Of a stretch of 64,000 nucleotides of DNA, positions 51,389-61,219 are shown piece after piece. The notes below the pieces were generated by a model. That model did not search any database. It saw only the letters and a program-made list of their open reading frames with translations, and had not been told where the DNA came from. The DNA is taken from positions 9,662-73,661 of the forward strand of contig CAVYWS010000007.1 in the NCBI GenBank assembly GCA_963772265.1, in the 5' to 3' direction. This DNA comes from an uncultured Solirubrobacterales bacterium. Its GTDB lineage: Bacteria > Actinomycetota > Thermoleophilia > Solirubrobacterales > 70-9. The first letter of the stretch is position 1; each line of letters starts with the position of its first letter. A program made the translations under genes and the position numbers.

Positions 51389-52741
51389 GCCGGCGGGCGC
51401 GGATCGTCCCGGCGCTGGCGATCGCCCTCGCCGCCGCCACCGCGACCAGCGCACTGCAGGCGGCCGCCGGCTCCTCCTCGCGCCGGGTGGTCGGCCACTC
51501 GGTGCGGGGACGGCCGATCGTCGCGGTACGGGTCGGGGACCCCGACAGCCCGCGCAAGGCCCTGGTCGTCGGCAACGTCCATGGCGACGAGCCGGCCGGA
51601 ACCGCGGTGACGCGCCAGATCATGCGCCGCTTCCGCGACGTCGGCGGGGTCGACCTCTGGGTGGTCAAGACGGCCAATCCCGACGGTTTCGCCGCCGGCA
51701 CCCGGCGCAATGCCGACGGCGTCGACCTCAACCGCAACTTCTCCTACCGCTGGCGGCCCGGCCCGCCGTCGTCGGGCTACTACCCGGGGCCGCATCCGTT
51801 CTCGGAGCCCGAGTCGCGGGCCGTGCGGGCGCTCGTGCGCAGCCTCCGGCCCAGCGTCAGCATCTGGTTTCACCAGCCCTGGGACCAGGTGCTTGCACCG
51901 TGTCACGGGGCTGTCCCTCTGCAGCGCCGCTTCTCGCAGCTGTCCGGGATCCCGGTCAAGCGCTGCCGCGCCCAGCACCTTCACGGGACCGCGATCAGCT
52001 GGCAGAACCACTCCTCCCCGGGCAGCGTGGCCTTCGTCGTCGAGCTGCCGGGCGGGCGGATCTCGGCGCGGGCGGCGAGGCGCGACGCACGGGCCGTGGT
52101 CAAGGTCGCTCGTGACGGCGCGGCGAAGCGGCCACCCGCACGCACCGCTGCGGCGTCATCGACGGGCCGCCCGCCGATCAAGGCCGACTTCATCCCCTTT
52201 CCACCGAGGCGAAAGCGCGAGATGGCCGCCTACTCGAAGCGCCACTACGGCAAGCGGCAGTGGCGGCTGAGCGACCCCAAGGTGATCGTCGAGCACGTCT
52301 CGGTCGCGGCCAGCGTCGACTCCGTCTACAACACCTTCGCGCCCGATCATCCCGACCCCGAGCTGCACGAGCTGCCCAACGTCTGCTCTCACTTCGTCGT
52401 CGGCTCGAACGCCCGCGCCTACCAGCTCGTTCACCTCAACATCCGCTGCCGCCATACGGTCGGACTCAACTACACGGCGATCGGAATCGAGCACGTCGGC
52501 TTCACCGACGCCGACGTGCTCGGCAACCGGCGCCAGCTTCGCGCCTCTCTGCGGCTGACCCGGTTCCTCGCGCTGCCGCTTCGGGATCAAGGTCCGAAAC
52601 GTGATCGGGCACAACGAGAGCCTCAGCTCGCCCTACCACCTCGAGCTCGTGCCGAGCCTCAAGCAGCAGACCCACGGGGACTTCAAGCACGCCTCGATGC
52701 AGGTCTACCGCCGCAAGCTGCGCCGCCTGGGCCGCTGCTGA
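51385..52741 (+). CDS. secreted bifunctional cell-wall hydrolase: M14 zinc carboxypeptidase-like domain fused to an N-acetylmuramoyl-L-alanine amidase (Amidase_2) domain; frame break near 52570
   Basis: Signal peptide. M14 motifs GNVHGDEPAG and DLNRNF. Amidase_2 motifs IVEHVSVA...SHFVVGSN...HTVGLNYTAIGIEHVG. The alternate frame continues RCRFGIKVRNVIGHNESLSSPYH...RRLGRC* to the stop at 52739-52741. Confidence 0.65.
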
Positions 52742-52754
52742 CCCGCGCCGGCAA

Positions 52755-55361
52755 TCAGGAACGGAAGGTCCAGACGCCTCCGGGTGCGTCCCGCAATGGG
52801 CCGGGCGTCTGCGCGGCGACCGAATACACGATCGCGTTGGAGCTGTTTCGGAGCGTCAGCTGGACCCTGTCCGGGCTGCCGTCGCGGTAGGTCCAACTCA
52901 GCGTTCCCTGCTGGCCGCTCAGCCCCCCGGGGGCCGAAGACCCGAAGGTCCCGGTCGCGGTGCCGGTCTGGGTGTCGAAGCCGAGCGGCGAGGCGGGCGG
53001 CGTGTCGGTGCAGCTGGACTGCGTCACCGCGCTCTTCGTCCAGATCCGGCCCCCGGCGGCTGTCGCGACGATGCTGGGCCGTGTCGAGTAAGAACCCGTG
53101 CAGTCGTCCGCCGCCGAGAAGAGGATCTGCGGCCCCTGCGCCGTCTGCACCCTGCCGCGGGCCGAAATCGTGAAGACCGGACGGGACTCCGGCACCGGCC
53201 CCAGGGGCGTGCCGCCGTAGATGACGTCTCCGGCGGCGTCTTGGTAGGTCTGCCAGGGAATCGTCTCCTGCTGGTCGACGCCGGGCTTCGAGAAGTCGCA
53301 GACACCGTCGGGAAATGTCTGCTGCATAGCGGCCCATTGGGCGTCAGTGAAGGTAACCGGCACCGTCACGCCGGCGACCGTCTGCGTATAGCCGTCGCGA
53401 TTCAGCGGCTTGAGCTGGCACTTGTTGGCGTCGGTGGTGATTGCGTCCCCGGCGACCGTCCGCGGAGTGCCGTAGACAGGGACCACGGCGTCGGGGCACA
53501 GCCCGTCGGAGAGCTTGTTGCCGGTCCCGTCGTAGCAGCGGTCGCCGAGGTCGCCCGGCTTGTCGCTGATCAGCTTCTGAGCCAGCGAGGCACTGCTCGT
53601 GTCGTCCTCGACCGCGGCCAGCCAGCGGTCCATCGCGATGAAGCTGTTGCGCTCGCACTGGGTGTCGGCGATGATCGTCGCCGGCCCCTCCCAGATCAGT
53701 TGGTTGGCGTGGGTGCCATGCTCGCGATCGAGCCGGGCGCGGACAGCAAATGCGCGGTAGGAGTCGTGGAAGAGGCCGGGATCGGGACCCCGGCAGTCGA
53801 TGATCGCCGTCTGGTCGAGGTTGTTGGTCTCGTTGATCATCCCGCTGCGATAGGCATTCGCCAGCGCCGGCCGGCTCGCGGCGAAGCGGATTGGAATCGG
53901 GTTGGTGTCGACGTCCACGCCGCCGATCTTGGCGTTCAGGTCGACGAATTGCGCGACGCTGATCTGTGCCTTCTCGAGCGCCCCGAGCCCGTACTGGGCG
54001 CCGACATTGTCGACCGGGATTCCGGCGAAGCCATGCCCGAGCGTCTGCTCGTTGGCCGACCATTCAGCAGGTGGGCGCGGGCCGAAGATGTTGATTGCCG
54101 CGTCCTGGATGTCGCAGCGCACTCCGCCGGGATTGCTCTGCGGGTCGTAGCGCTGCTGCGCCGTGACGCCGGCGCACGGGTCCGTCGGGACGGCGACGTG
54201 GAACTGCGCCGTCTCGCTGACCTGGGCGTTGCCCGGGTTCACGTGGCCCTCGACGTTGCCAATCTGGGTCGGGGACCAGGCAACTCCGACTCCCCACTTC
54301 GTTGGGTCGTTGAAGTAGCGGAGCAGGAGGTGGTAGTCGAGGAACTGCGTCGCGGTGCTCCACGCGTCGGGGAACGAGCAGGTCGGCAGGATGCCCTGAT
54401 AGACCCCCGGGTAGGCGTTGGCAATCCACTGCTCCGCCAGCGAGCCGCCCGAGCAGCCGGTTCCGATGGTGTAGCGGAGCAGGCCGTAGGCCTTGGCGAT
54501 GTGCTCCTTCGCCATGATCAGCGACTCCGCCTGGAGGGCGAGGTTGCAGTTGTGCCCGCTGTGGTCGAGCGCTGTCGACATCGTCATGTACCCCCGGCCG
54601 AGTGCATCGGGGGCTATGCCGCCTGTCACGTCGGGCGCCGAGCCGGTCTTGTGCTCGACGCCGCACGACACGCCGTGGAAGATCAGCAGCTTGTGATTGA
54701 ACTGCGCCTGCGGGTCGAACGGCGTCCACTGCTGTCCCGGCTGGAAGAGCGTCGCGATCTTGTACTGATCGCGATCCAAGTAGCCGCTCTCGACCCGGAC
54801 GATGAACGGCACCGTGACGCCCTGGTCGGTGGTCGTGTTGGCGACGTCGGATGGGGGGCTGCCCGGGTCGTAGGGCTGAAGTCCCTGTTTGGCCGGGTCG
54901 GTCGGCTTGTAGAGGAAGCTGTAGGCCGGCGGCTGGTTGCAATCCGCATCGACCGCGCCTGCCTGGCATACCCACGGCTGCAGCTGCGGACCCGAGAGCA
55001 CCGGCCCGCCGATCGGATGGTTGACCAGCGTAATCTCGGCCGACTTGCCGGGCAGCGTCGCCCGCAGCACGTTGCTTCCCTGCGCCAGCCCGGCGAGCAG
55101 GCCCTCATAGCGCCCGTTCGCTCTCACCGCGAACGAGCTCGTGACGTCGTGACTGTCGACGCTCACCCTGACGCGCTGCGAATCCGAGGGGTCGGCAAAA
55201 TCGATCGCGACCAGCGCCGAACCGCCGCTGACGAGGTCGGCCCGCCCCGAGAGCACCGAGATCGACACCGCTGGAGTCGCCGCCTCCGCCGTCGCGGCTG
55301 CCGCGAGCAGGCCGGCGACCGCCAGGATCGCTGCGGCGCGAAGTCTGAAGCCAGTGATCAC
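52755..55361 (-). CDS. secreted tannase/feruloyl-esterase-like alpha/beta hydrolase (DUF6351-like) with extra C-terminal beta-rich domain
   Basis: GTG start with signal peptide (M)ITGFRLRAAAILAVAGLLAAAATAEA. Nucleophile motif TIGTGCSGGSLAEQ and many conserved Cys. The upstream part of the 1036-aa ORF is antisense to the glyoxalase gene. Confidence 0.6.
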   Translation of the reverse strand: MITGFRLRAAAILAVAGLLAAAATAEAATPAVSISVLSGRADLVSGGSALVAIDFADPSDSQRVRVSVDSHDVTSSFAVRANGRYEGLLAGLAQGSNVLRATLPGKSAEITLVNHPIGGPVLSGPQLQPWVCQAGAVDADCNQPPAYSFLYKPTDPAKQGLQPYDPGSPPSDVANTTTDQGVTVPFIVRVESGYLDRDQYKIATLFQPGQQWTPFDPQAQFNHKLLIFHGVSCGVEHKTGSAPDVTGGIAPDALGRGYMTMSTALDHSGHNCNLALQAESLIMAKEHIAKAYGLLRYTIGTGCSGGSLAEQWIANAYPGVYQGILPTCSFPDAWSTATQFLDYHLLLRYFNDPTKWGVGVAWSPTQIGNVEGHVNPGNAQVSETAQFHVAVPTDPCAGVTAQQRYDPQSNPGGVRCDIQDAAINIFGPRPPAEWSANEQTLGHGFAGIPVDNVGAQYGLGALEKAQISVAQFVDLNAKIGGVDVDTNPIPIRFAASRPALANAYRSGMINETNNLDQTAIIDCRGPDPGLFHDSYRAFAVRARLDREHGTHANQLIWEGPATIIADTQCERNSFIAMDRWLAAVEDDTSSASLAQKLISDKPGDLGDRCYDGTGNKLSDGLCPDAVVPVYGTPRTVAGDAITTDANKCQLKPLNRDGYTQTVAGVTVPVTFTDAQWAAMQQTFPDGVCDFSKPGVDQQETIPWQTYQDAAGDVIYGGTPLGPVPESRPVFTISARGRVQTAQGPQILFSAADDCTGSYSTRPSIVATAAGGRIWTKSAVTQSSCTDTPPASPLGFDTQTGTATGTFGSSAPGGLSGQQGTLSWTYRDGSPDRVQLTLRNSSNAIVYSVAAQTPGPLRDAPGGVWTFRS

Positions 55362-55400
55362 GGACCGACCACCCACACCTCCTGCGATCCTATATCTCCG

Positions 55401-55749
55401 ATGCTCCAACACGTCTCGCTCGAGGTTCCAGTGGACCGGGTAACGGCGATGCTCGACTTCTGGGGGCTGCTGGGATTTGACCAGGTGGAGGCCCCGGCGC
55501 CGATCGCCGATTTCGTCACCTGGCTGCAACGCGGCGACACACAGATCCACCTGCTCCATAACGACAATCCCGTCGTCCCGCCGCTCGGGCACTGCGCGGT
55601 CGTCGCCGAGGACTTCGATTCCGCGGTGATGCGGCTGCAGGCCTCCGGCTACGAGGTCGAAGAGGCACCGGAGCTCTGGGGCGCGCCGCGCCTTCGCGAT
55701 CGCCCCGGCCGGGCACCGGGTCGAGCTGATGGCGGCTCCGCCGGGCTGA
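55401..55749 (+). CDS. glyoxalase/VOC-family protein; frame break in a G4 run at 55678-55681
   Basis: MLQHVSLEVPVDRVTAMLDFWGLLGF...THLLH...GHCAVVAEDFD. The alternate frame ends ARRAFAIAPAGHRVELMAAPPG*. Confidence 0.65.
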
Positions 55750-55769
55750 TTCATAGGATCGACGACCCG

Positions 55770-57390
55770 ATGCGCTACCCAGTCGAGAGCTTCAGCGACG
55801 AGGAGCGGGCCCTGCTGGCGCCCCACTTCACCAACCTCGATCGACCCGTCTTCGCGCCTGATCAACCTTCCCGAGACCGTAAAGGGGGCGCTGTTCGCCC
55901 GCTACTCGCGCTACCCGGGAACGGTGCGGCGGCTGTTCCTGGACGAGTTCGCCGCCGACGTCCCCGAGGGCGCGCGGCCCTTCGACGGCGAGGAGGGCGA
56001 GCGCGCGGCGCGCCTCTACAAGAACGTCTTCCTCGGCTACGGCGACGACTCGATCGCCCAGGTCGGCGGCGCCCACATCGCCTGCGAGTGGGTCTCCAAC
56101 ATCCTCACCAAGGTCCTGCAGCGCGGCCGTCTCGCCGCCTACCTCGAGCAGTCGACGCGCTACATCCCCTACGACCAGCCGATGCCGGGCGGCGGCTACC
56201 GCTACTACGGCGACGACGAGCTGGGGCCGCAGTTCGGGTCCGCGATGGACGAGCTGTTCGAGATCTACTCGCGGTCGCTGAAGGGGGTCGAGAGCTGGGC
56301 CGCGGAGCGCTGGCCCCGCGGCGACGAGCCCGAGCCGGCCTGGCAGCGCTCGATCCGGGCCAAGGCGCTGGACCTGCTGCGCGGGCTGCTGCCGGCGGCG
56401 ACCCTCAGCCACGTCGGCATCTTCGCCTCGGGCCAGGCATACGAGCAGCTGCTGCTGCGGCTGATGGCGTCGCCGCTGCCCGAGGCCCGCGAGTTCGGCT
56501 CGATGATCCTGACCGAGCTGCAGCAGGTGATGCCGAGCTTCGTAGCCAGGGTGGAGCGCCCCGACCGCGGTGGAGAGTGGATCTCCTACCTCGAGGGGCG
56601 CCGCGAGGCAGCCGAGCGCTGGGTCGGGCGGCTGGGGCTGGACCGCCGCGCCCCCGACGACGCCCCGGTCGTCGAGCTGATCCACGTCGACGGCAGCGAG
56701 GAGGACCTGCTCGCCTCCTGCCTGTTCGAGTCGGCGCAGGTGCCGGAGACCGAGATCCGCGGACGGCTCGACGTGCTCGAGCCCGACGACCGCGCCCGCC
56801 TGCTCGCCGACCTGGTCGGCGAGCGCCGCAACCGCCGCCACCGGCCCGGGCGCGGCTTCGAGGCGCTGCGTTACCGGTTCGAGATCGTCTCCGATTACGG
56901 CGGCTTCCGCGACCTGCAGCGCCACCGCATGCTGACCTGCCAGTGGCAGCGGCTCACCCCCGACCTCGGCGCCGGAGTCCCCGAGGAGGTTCGCGACGCC
57001 GGCCTCGGGGACGAGTACCAGCGGGCTTTGGATCTCTCCCGAGGCGAGTTCGAGCGCCTCGAGGGTGCCGGGCTGCGCGAGGCCGCGCCCTATGCGCTCT
57101 GCCTCGGCTACCGGATCCGCTACGTGCTCGACCTCAACGCCCGCGAGGCGATGCACCTGATCGAGCTGCGCTCCGGCCGCGAGGGGCATCCGACCTACCG
57201 CGCCGTCGCCCAGGCGATGCACGAGCGGATCGCCGCCGTGCACCCGACCGTCGCCGAGGCGATGAACCACGTCGACCTCTCGCGCGAGCCCCGCCTCGAG
57301 CGGGTGCTGAGCGAGATCCGCACCCACCGCCGCCGCATCGAGGCGGGCGCGCACGCCGACGCGCCGCCCGGACTCAGCGGCCTCGGTTGA
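55770..57390 (+). CDS. long (~540 aa) tandem ThyX-like (FAD-dependent thymidylate-synthase-fold) protein; frame break near 55857
   Basis: MRYPVESFSDEERALLAPHFTNLDRPVFA | LINLPETVKGALFARYSRYPGTVRRLF.... The C-terminal half carries FRDLQRHRMLTCQWQ and ELRSGREGHPTYR. Confidence 0.55.
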
Positions 57391-57438
57391 ACGAATATCT
57401 GAACTTTCTCCCTGCTGCCCACGTACTTGCCGCGTACT

Positions 57439-58243
57439 ATGAGCCCGATGTCGCGTCCGGACACAGGCGGCAGAATGCTGCGTCTGCTCTCAATCGCGCT
57501 GTTGTTCGCCGGCTCGATCGCGGTACTGGTCGCCCTGACCCGGTCGCCCGCCGAGGCCTCTCAGGATCCGGCGACGGATTCGACGACCGCGCCTGCGGCT
57601 CCGGTCGACCCGGCCGCGTCCCAGCCCGCGCCGGCTCCCGCCGCTCGCCGCTCCCGCTCCCGCTGCTCCCTCCGCACCGGCTACCGCCTCGGTGACCGTG
57701 TCGCGCGCCACCAGCTCGGCCTCGAAGTCGGTCTCGATCGTCGACTACGACTTCGCTCCGAAGGCGATCTCGATCAACCAAGGCGACACGGTCGTCTGGA
57801 CCAACGACGGCACGGTCCCCGAGGGCCACAACGTCACCGGCGACAACGGCCTCGACTCCGGCACCCTCAAGAGCGGCGACACCTACGGCCATACGTTCAA
57901 TTCGGCCGGCACCTTCTCCTATGTCTGCACCCTGCACCCGTTGATGAAGGGCACTGTCAAGGTCGCGTCGCGGTCCGCCGGCGGCGGCAACAAGAAGAGC
58001 TCGGGCTCAAGCGGCAACTGCGACGCCTGCGAGACGGCACAGCAGAACGCCGGCGGGACCGCCGGAAGCTCCGAATCGGCAGCGGTCGCCGCGACCGGCG
58101 CGGCCGGCACCACCGCCACCGACCCATCGCTGCCCTCGACCGGCTCCGATTCGATGCCGCTGCTGGCGATCGGCGAGTTCCTGCTCGCCCTCGGGATGGC
58201 GTTGCGCCTCGGCGCCGTGTGGGCGGCGCGTCGCCGCGCCTAG
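57439..58243 (+). CDS. secreted cupredoxin (plastocyanin/amicyanin-like) with LPXTG sortase anchor; frame break somewhere in the Pro/Ala linker at 57630-57690
   Basis: Signal peptide MLRLLSIALLFAGSIAVLVALT in one frame. The Cu-site pattern PEGHNV...YVCTLHPLMKG, then LPSTG + TM + RRRA, are in the next frame. Alternative starts are at 57448 and 57475. Confidence 0.65.
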
Positions 58244-58253
58244 AGCTGCCCGC

Positions 58254-58781
58254 TCAGCCCTTCGCCTTGGCTCTGGCGAGCCGCGACCAGAAGCGGACGT
58301 ACTCGCGCTCGTGCCCGATTCCGGACTCGAGCGAGAGCCGCATTCCCTCCGACATGTCGGTCTGCTCGAGCAGCTCCTGGTAGGAGTGAAGGCGCCGCTC
58401 GTGGCGCTCCAGCTGCGCCATTGCGAGCGGAACCGGATCGGCGCCGCAGAACAGCTTCAGCACCCCCGGGTCGCGGAGCTCGTAGAGGTCGGTGCTCGGG
58501 TCGGCTCTCCACTCCCGCAGCGCCTTGCGGCCCGCAGGGGTGAGGCGATAGACCCGGCGCCGGCGGCCCCTTTCCTCCCGGCGCTCGTCGAGCAGGCCGG
58601 CCTCCGCCAGCCGCCCGCACTCGGTGTAGATCTGGGTGTGGGGAATCGACCAGAAGTGGAAGATGCTGACCTGGGCGACCTGCTTGAGCTGATAGGGGGT
58701 GGCGGGCTCGAACATGTCCAGCAGGCCGAGCACCGCGTACGAGGTGTCACTCAACCGGGGGGTTGACATCGCGATCACCAT
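58254..58781 (-). CDS. PadR-family transcriptional regulator
   Basis: SYAVLGLLDMFEPATPYQLKQ...TQIYTECGRLAEAGLL...RRVYRLTPAGRKAL. Confidence 0.85.
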   Translation of the reverse strand: MVIAMSTPRLSDTSYAVLGLLDMFEPATPYQLKQVAQVSIFHFWSIPHTQIYTECGRLAEAGLLDERREERGRRRRVYRLTPAGRKALREWRADPSTDLYELRDPGVLKLFCGADPVPLAMAQLERHERRLHSYQELLEQTDMSEGMRLSLESGIGHEREYVRFWSRLARAKAKG

Positions 58782-58816
58782 ACAATACGGTGCGAACGGT
58801 TCGGATCGAACGATTC
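58763..58816 (+). promoter_or_regulatory. candidate promoter plus operator for the carotenoid-oxygenase gene
   Basis: TTGACA (58763-58768), 17-nt spacer, TACGGT (58786-58791). These are followed by the palindrome cGAACgGTTCg (58793-58803) and the half-degenerate copy GAACGATTC (58808-58816). RBS aggagg is 5 nt before ATG 58827. Confidence 0.35.
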
Positions 58817-58826
58817 AGGAGGCATC

Positions 58827-60236
58827 ATGAGCACGGACACCGCCACTCCCGTCGCCAGCGCCCGCCGCGGCTTCGACTCGCTCGAGCAGGAAACACGTCT
58901 AGCGGGGCTCCCCGTGCAGGGCCAGCTTCCACCCTGGCTGCAGGGATCGCTGATCCGGACGGGCCCGGCAAAGTGGGAGGTCGGCGATCGCGCGATGAAC
59001 CACTGGTTCGACGGCCTGGCGATGCTTCATCGCTTCTCCTTTGTCGAAGGCGAGGTCTCCTACGCGAACCGCTTCCTTGAGAGCCGCGCCTACCGCGCGG
59101 CGCGCGACGAGGGCCGGATCGCCTACTCCGAGTTCGCCACCGACCCCTGCCGCTCACTCTTTCAGCGGGTTTCGGCGATGTTCTCGCCGAAGCTCACCGA
59201 CAACGCCAACGTCAACCTCACCAAGCTCGGCGAGCGCTTCATCTCGATGACCGAGACGCCGATCCCGGTCCAGTTCGACGCCGAGACGCTCGCTGCGGCG
59301 GGCGTTGCGTACAAGCCACCGGGACAGCTCACCACCGCCCACCCTCACATCGACCGCGCGACGAAGGGGATGCTCAATTATGCGGCGAAGCTCGGCCCGC
59401 GGACCAGCTACCGCTTCTTCCTTCTGCGCCCCGGCGGCTCGAAGCCGGAGCTGATTGCGACGAAGGCGGTCCGCGAGCCGGCCTACATGCATTCGTTCGG
59501 GCTCACCGAACGCTGGCTGGTCCTCGCGGAGTTCCCGTTCGTGGTCAACCCGCCGCGACTCGCCTTCAGCGGCCGCCCCTACATCGAGAACTACCGCTGG
59601 AAGCCGGAGCTGGGCACGAGGTTCCACCTCTTCGACCGCACCAGCGGGGAACACGCCGGTCCGTTCGAGGCCGATGCCCGCTTCGCCTTTCACCATGTCA
59701 ACGCCTACGAGGACGGAGACGAGGTCGTAGCCGACATCTGCACCTTCGCCGACCCGACCATCGTTGAGGACCTCTACATGGAGCGCCTGCGGGCCGGCAA
59801 GCCGATCGCTCCCTCGCATCTGGAGCGCTTCCGGATCTCGCCCCAGGCGGGGACGGTGACGAGCGAGCGGCTGATCGACGAGCAGATGGAGTTGCCGCGC
59901 ATCAACTACGCCCGCTGCAACGAGCGGCCCTACCGCTACGCGTGGAGCATCGGCGCCGACGGCACCTGGATCGACCGGATCGTCAAGGCTGACCTGGCCG
60001 AGCGCAGCTCGACGGTGTGGTCTGAGGAGGGCTGCTTCCCGGGCGAGCCGGTGTTCGTGGCGGCTCCCGACGCCGACGATGAGGACGAGGGGGTGCTGTT
60101 GTCGGTCGTTCTCGATGGGCGGACGGGCACCTCATTCCTGCTCGTCCTCGACGCCGGAACGCTCGCCGAGCTGGCCCGGGCCGAGGTACCGCACCACATC
60201 CCCTTCGGCTTCCACGGCCAGTTCGCGCGGGACTGA
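58827..60236 (+). CDS. carotenoid/stilbene cleavage oxygenase (RPE65/CCO family)
   Basis: HWFDGLAMLHRF. Four-His iron ligand pattern: TAHPHID, YMHSFGLTE, AFHHVNAYE and HIPFGFHGQF. Confidence 0.85.
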   Translation: MSTDTATPVASARRGFDSLEQETRLAGLPVQGQLPPWLQGSLIRTGPAKWEVGDRAMNHWFDGLAMLHRFSFVEGEVSYANRFLESRAYRAARDEGRIAYSEFATDPCRSLFQRVSAMFSPKLTDNANVNLTKLGERFISMTETPIPVQFDAETLAAAGVAYKPPGQLTTAHPHIDRATKGMLNYAAKLGPRTSYRFFLLRPGGSKPELIATKAVREPAYMHSFGLTERWLVLAEFPFVVNPPRLAFSGRPYIENYRWKPELGTRFHLFDRTSGEHAGPFEADARFAFHHVNAYEDGDEVVADICTFADPTIVEDLYMERLRAGKPIAPSHLERFRISPQAGTVTSERLIDEQMELPRINYARCNERPYRYAWSIGADGTWIDRIVKADLAERSSTVWSEEGCFPGEPVFVAAPDADDEDEGVLLSVVLDGRTGTSFLLVLDAGTLAELARAEVPHHIPFGFHGQFARD

Positions 60237-60279
60237 GCAGGAAGAGGGTGGCCCCGATTCTGCGGCGGGCGAGGGGCTA

Positions 60280-60303
60280 GCCGGCAGCCAGCGGCTGCCC
60301 GGC
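60280..60303 (+). terminator. GC-rich hairpin downstream of the oxygenase gene (possible factor-independent terminator without a U tract)
   Basis: GCCGGCAGCC-agc-GGCTGCCCGGC: a 10-bp stem with one bulge and a 3-nt loop. Confidence 0.25.
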
Positions 60304-60391
60304 GCCCTCGCGACGCCGATCAGCTCCCGCATGAAGCCGGGCAGGTCGGATCACCGCAGCCCGGCGCCGGTCGAGCGGTTTGTGAGGAGCC

Positions 60392-61216
60392 ATGATCAGC
60401 GAGGATAGTCGCGTGCGGCGCGCCGGCATCTCCCTGCTCGCGGCCGCGATCGCGGCGGTGGTCGCAGGCTGCGGAGGCGGCGGCGCGGCGGGCGCCGCCG
60501 GGCGCTGGCTGCCGGCCCCGACCACTGCCCCCTGGCAGTGGCAGCTTCAGGGCCACATCGACACCTCGATCCCGGCGGGGGTCTACGAGCTGGACGGGTT
60601 CTTCACCTCGAGGCGGGTGGTGCAGCGGCTCCACGACCAGGGCCGCAGGGCAATCTGCTACCTCGACGTCGGCTCCTGGGAGAGCTACCGGCCCGACCGC
60701 GACGAATTCCCGAAGTCGGTGATCGGAAAGCGCTACCAGGGATTTCCCGACGAGCGCTGGCTCGACATCCGGCGCTTTCACCGCTTCGCGAAGCCGCTGC
60801 GGGCGCGCTTCGACATCTGCGAGCGCAAGGGTTTCGACGCGGTCGAGCCGGACAACGTCAACGGCTTCAGCAACCCGACCGGGTTCCCGCTCACCGCCCA
60901 CGACCAGCTGCGGTTCAATCGCTGGGTCGCGAGGCAGGTGCACAGCCGCGGCATGTCGGTGGCGCTGAAGAACGACCCCGAGCAGGCCCGGCGCCTGGCC
61001 CGTGCCTTCGACTTCGCGGTCGTCGAGCAGTGCTTCCAGTACCACGAGTGCGGGCGCTTCGAGCCCTTCGTCGACGCCGGCAAGGCGGTGTTCGAGGCCG
61101 AGTACGAGCTGCGCCCGGCCCAGTACTGCGAGCGGGCGAAGGCGCTTCAGTTCAGCGCGATCCGCAAGGGCTACGACCTGCGGGCGCAGCCCTGGCGGCC
61201 CTGCCCGACCGGCTGA
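60392..61216 (+). CDS. lipoprotein glycoside hydrolase family 114 (endo-alpha-1,4-polygalactosaminidase-like)
   Basis: Lipobox AVVAGC, then PWQWQLQG, AICYLDVGSWE, ERWLDIR and GFDAVEPDNVNG. Confidence 0.65.
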   Translation: MISEDSRVRRAGISLLAAAIAAVVAGCGGGGAAGAAGRWLPAPTTAPWQWQLQGHIDTSIPAGVYELDGFFTSRRVVQRLHDQGRRAICYLDVGSWESYRPDRDEFPKSVIGKRYQGFPDERWLDIRRFHRFAKPLRARFDICERKGFDAVEPDNVNGFSNPTGFPLTAHDQLRFNRWVARQVHSRGMSVALKNDPEQARRLARAFDFAVVEQCFQYHECGRFEPFVDAGKAVFEAEYELRPAQYCERAKALQFSAIRKGYDLRAQPWRPCPTG

Positions 61217-61219
61217 GGG

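Noticed and set aside
53241-57695. 1484-aa plus-strand ORF.
   Set aside because: It is a composite. The first 2.1 kb is antisense to the tannase-like gene. It then passes in turn through parts of the glyoxalase, ThyX-like and cupredoxin genes in their frames or out of frame. No single protein is encoded.
58763-58786. Perfect TTGACA and TACAAT hexamers.
   Set aside because: They are only 12 nt apart, too close for a sigma-70-type promoter. The TACGGT at 17-nt spacing is used in the candidate promoter instead.
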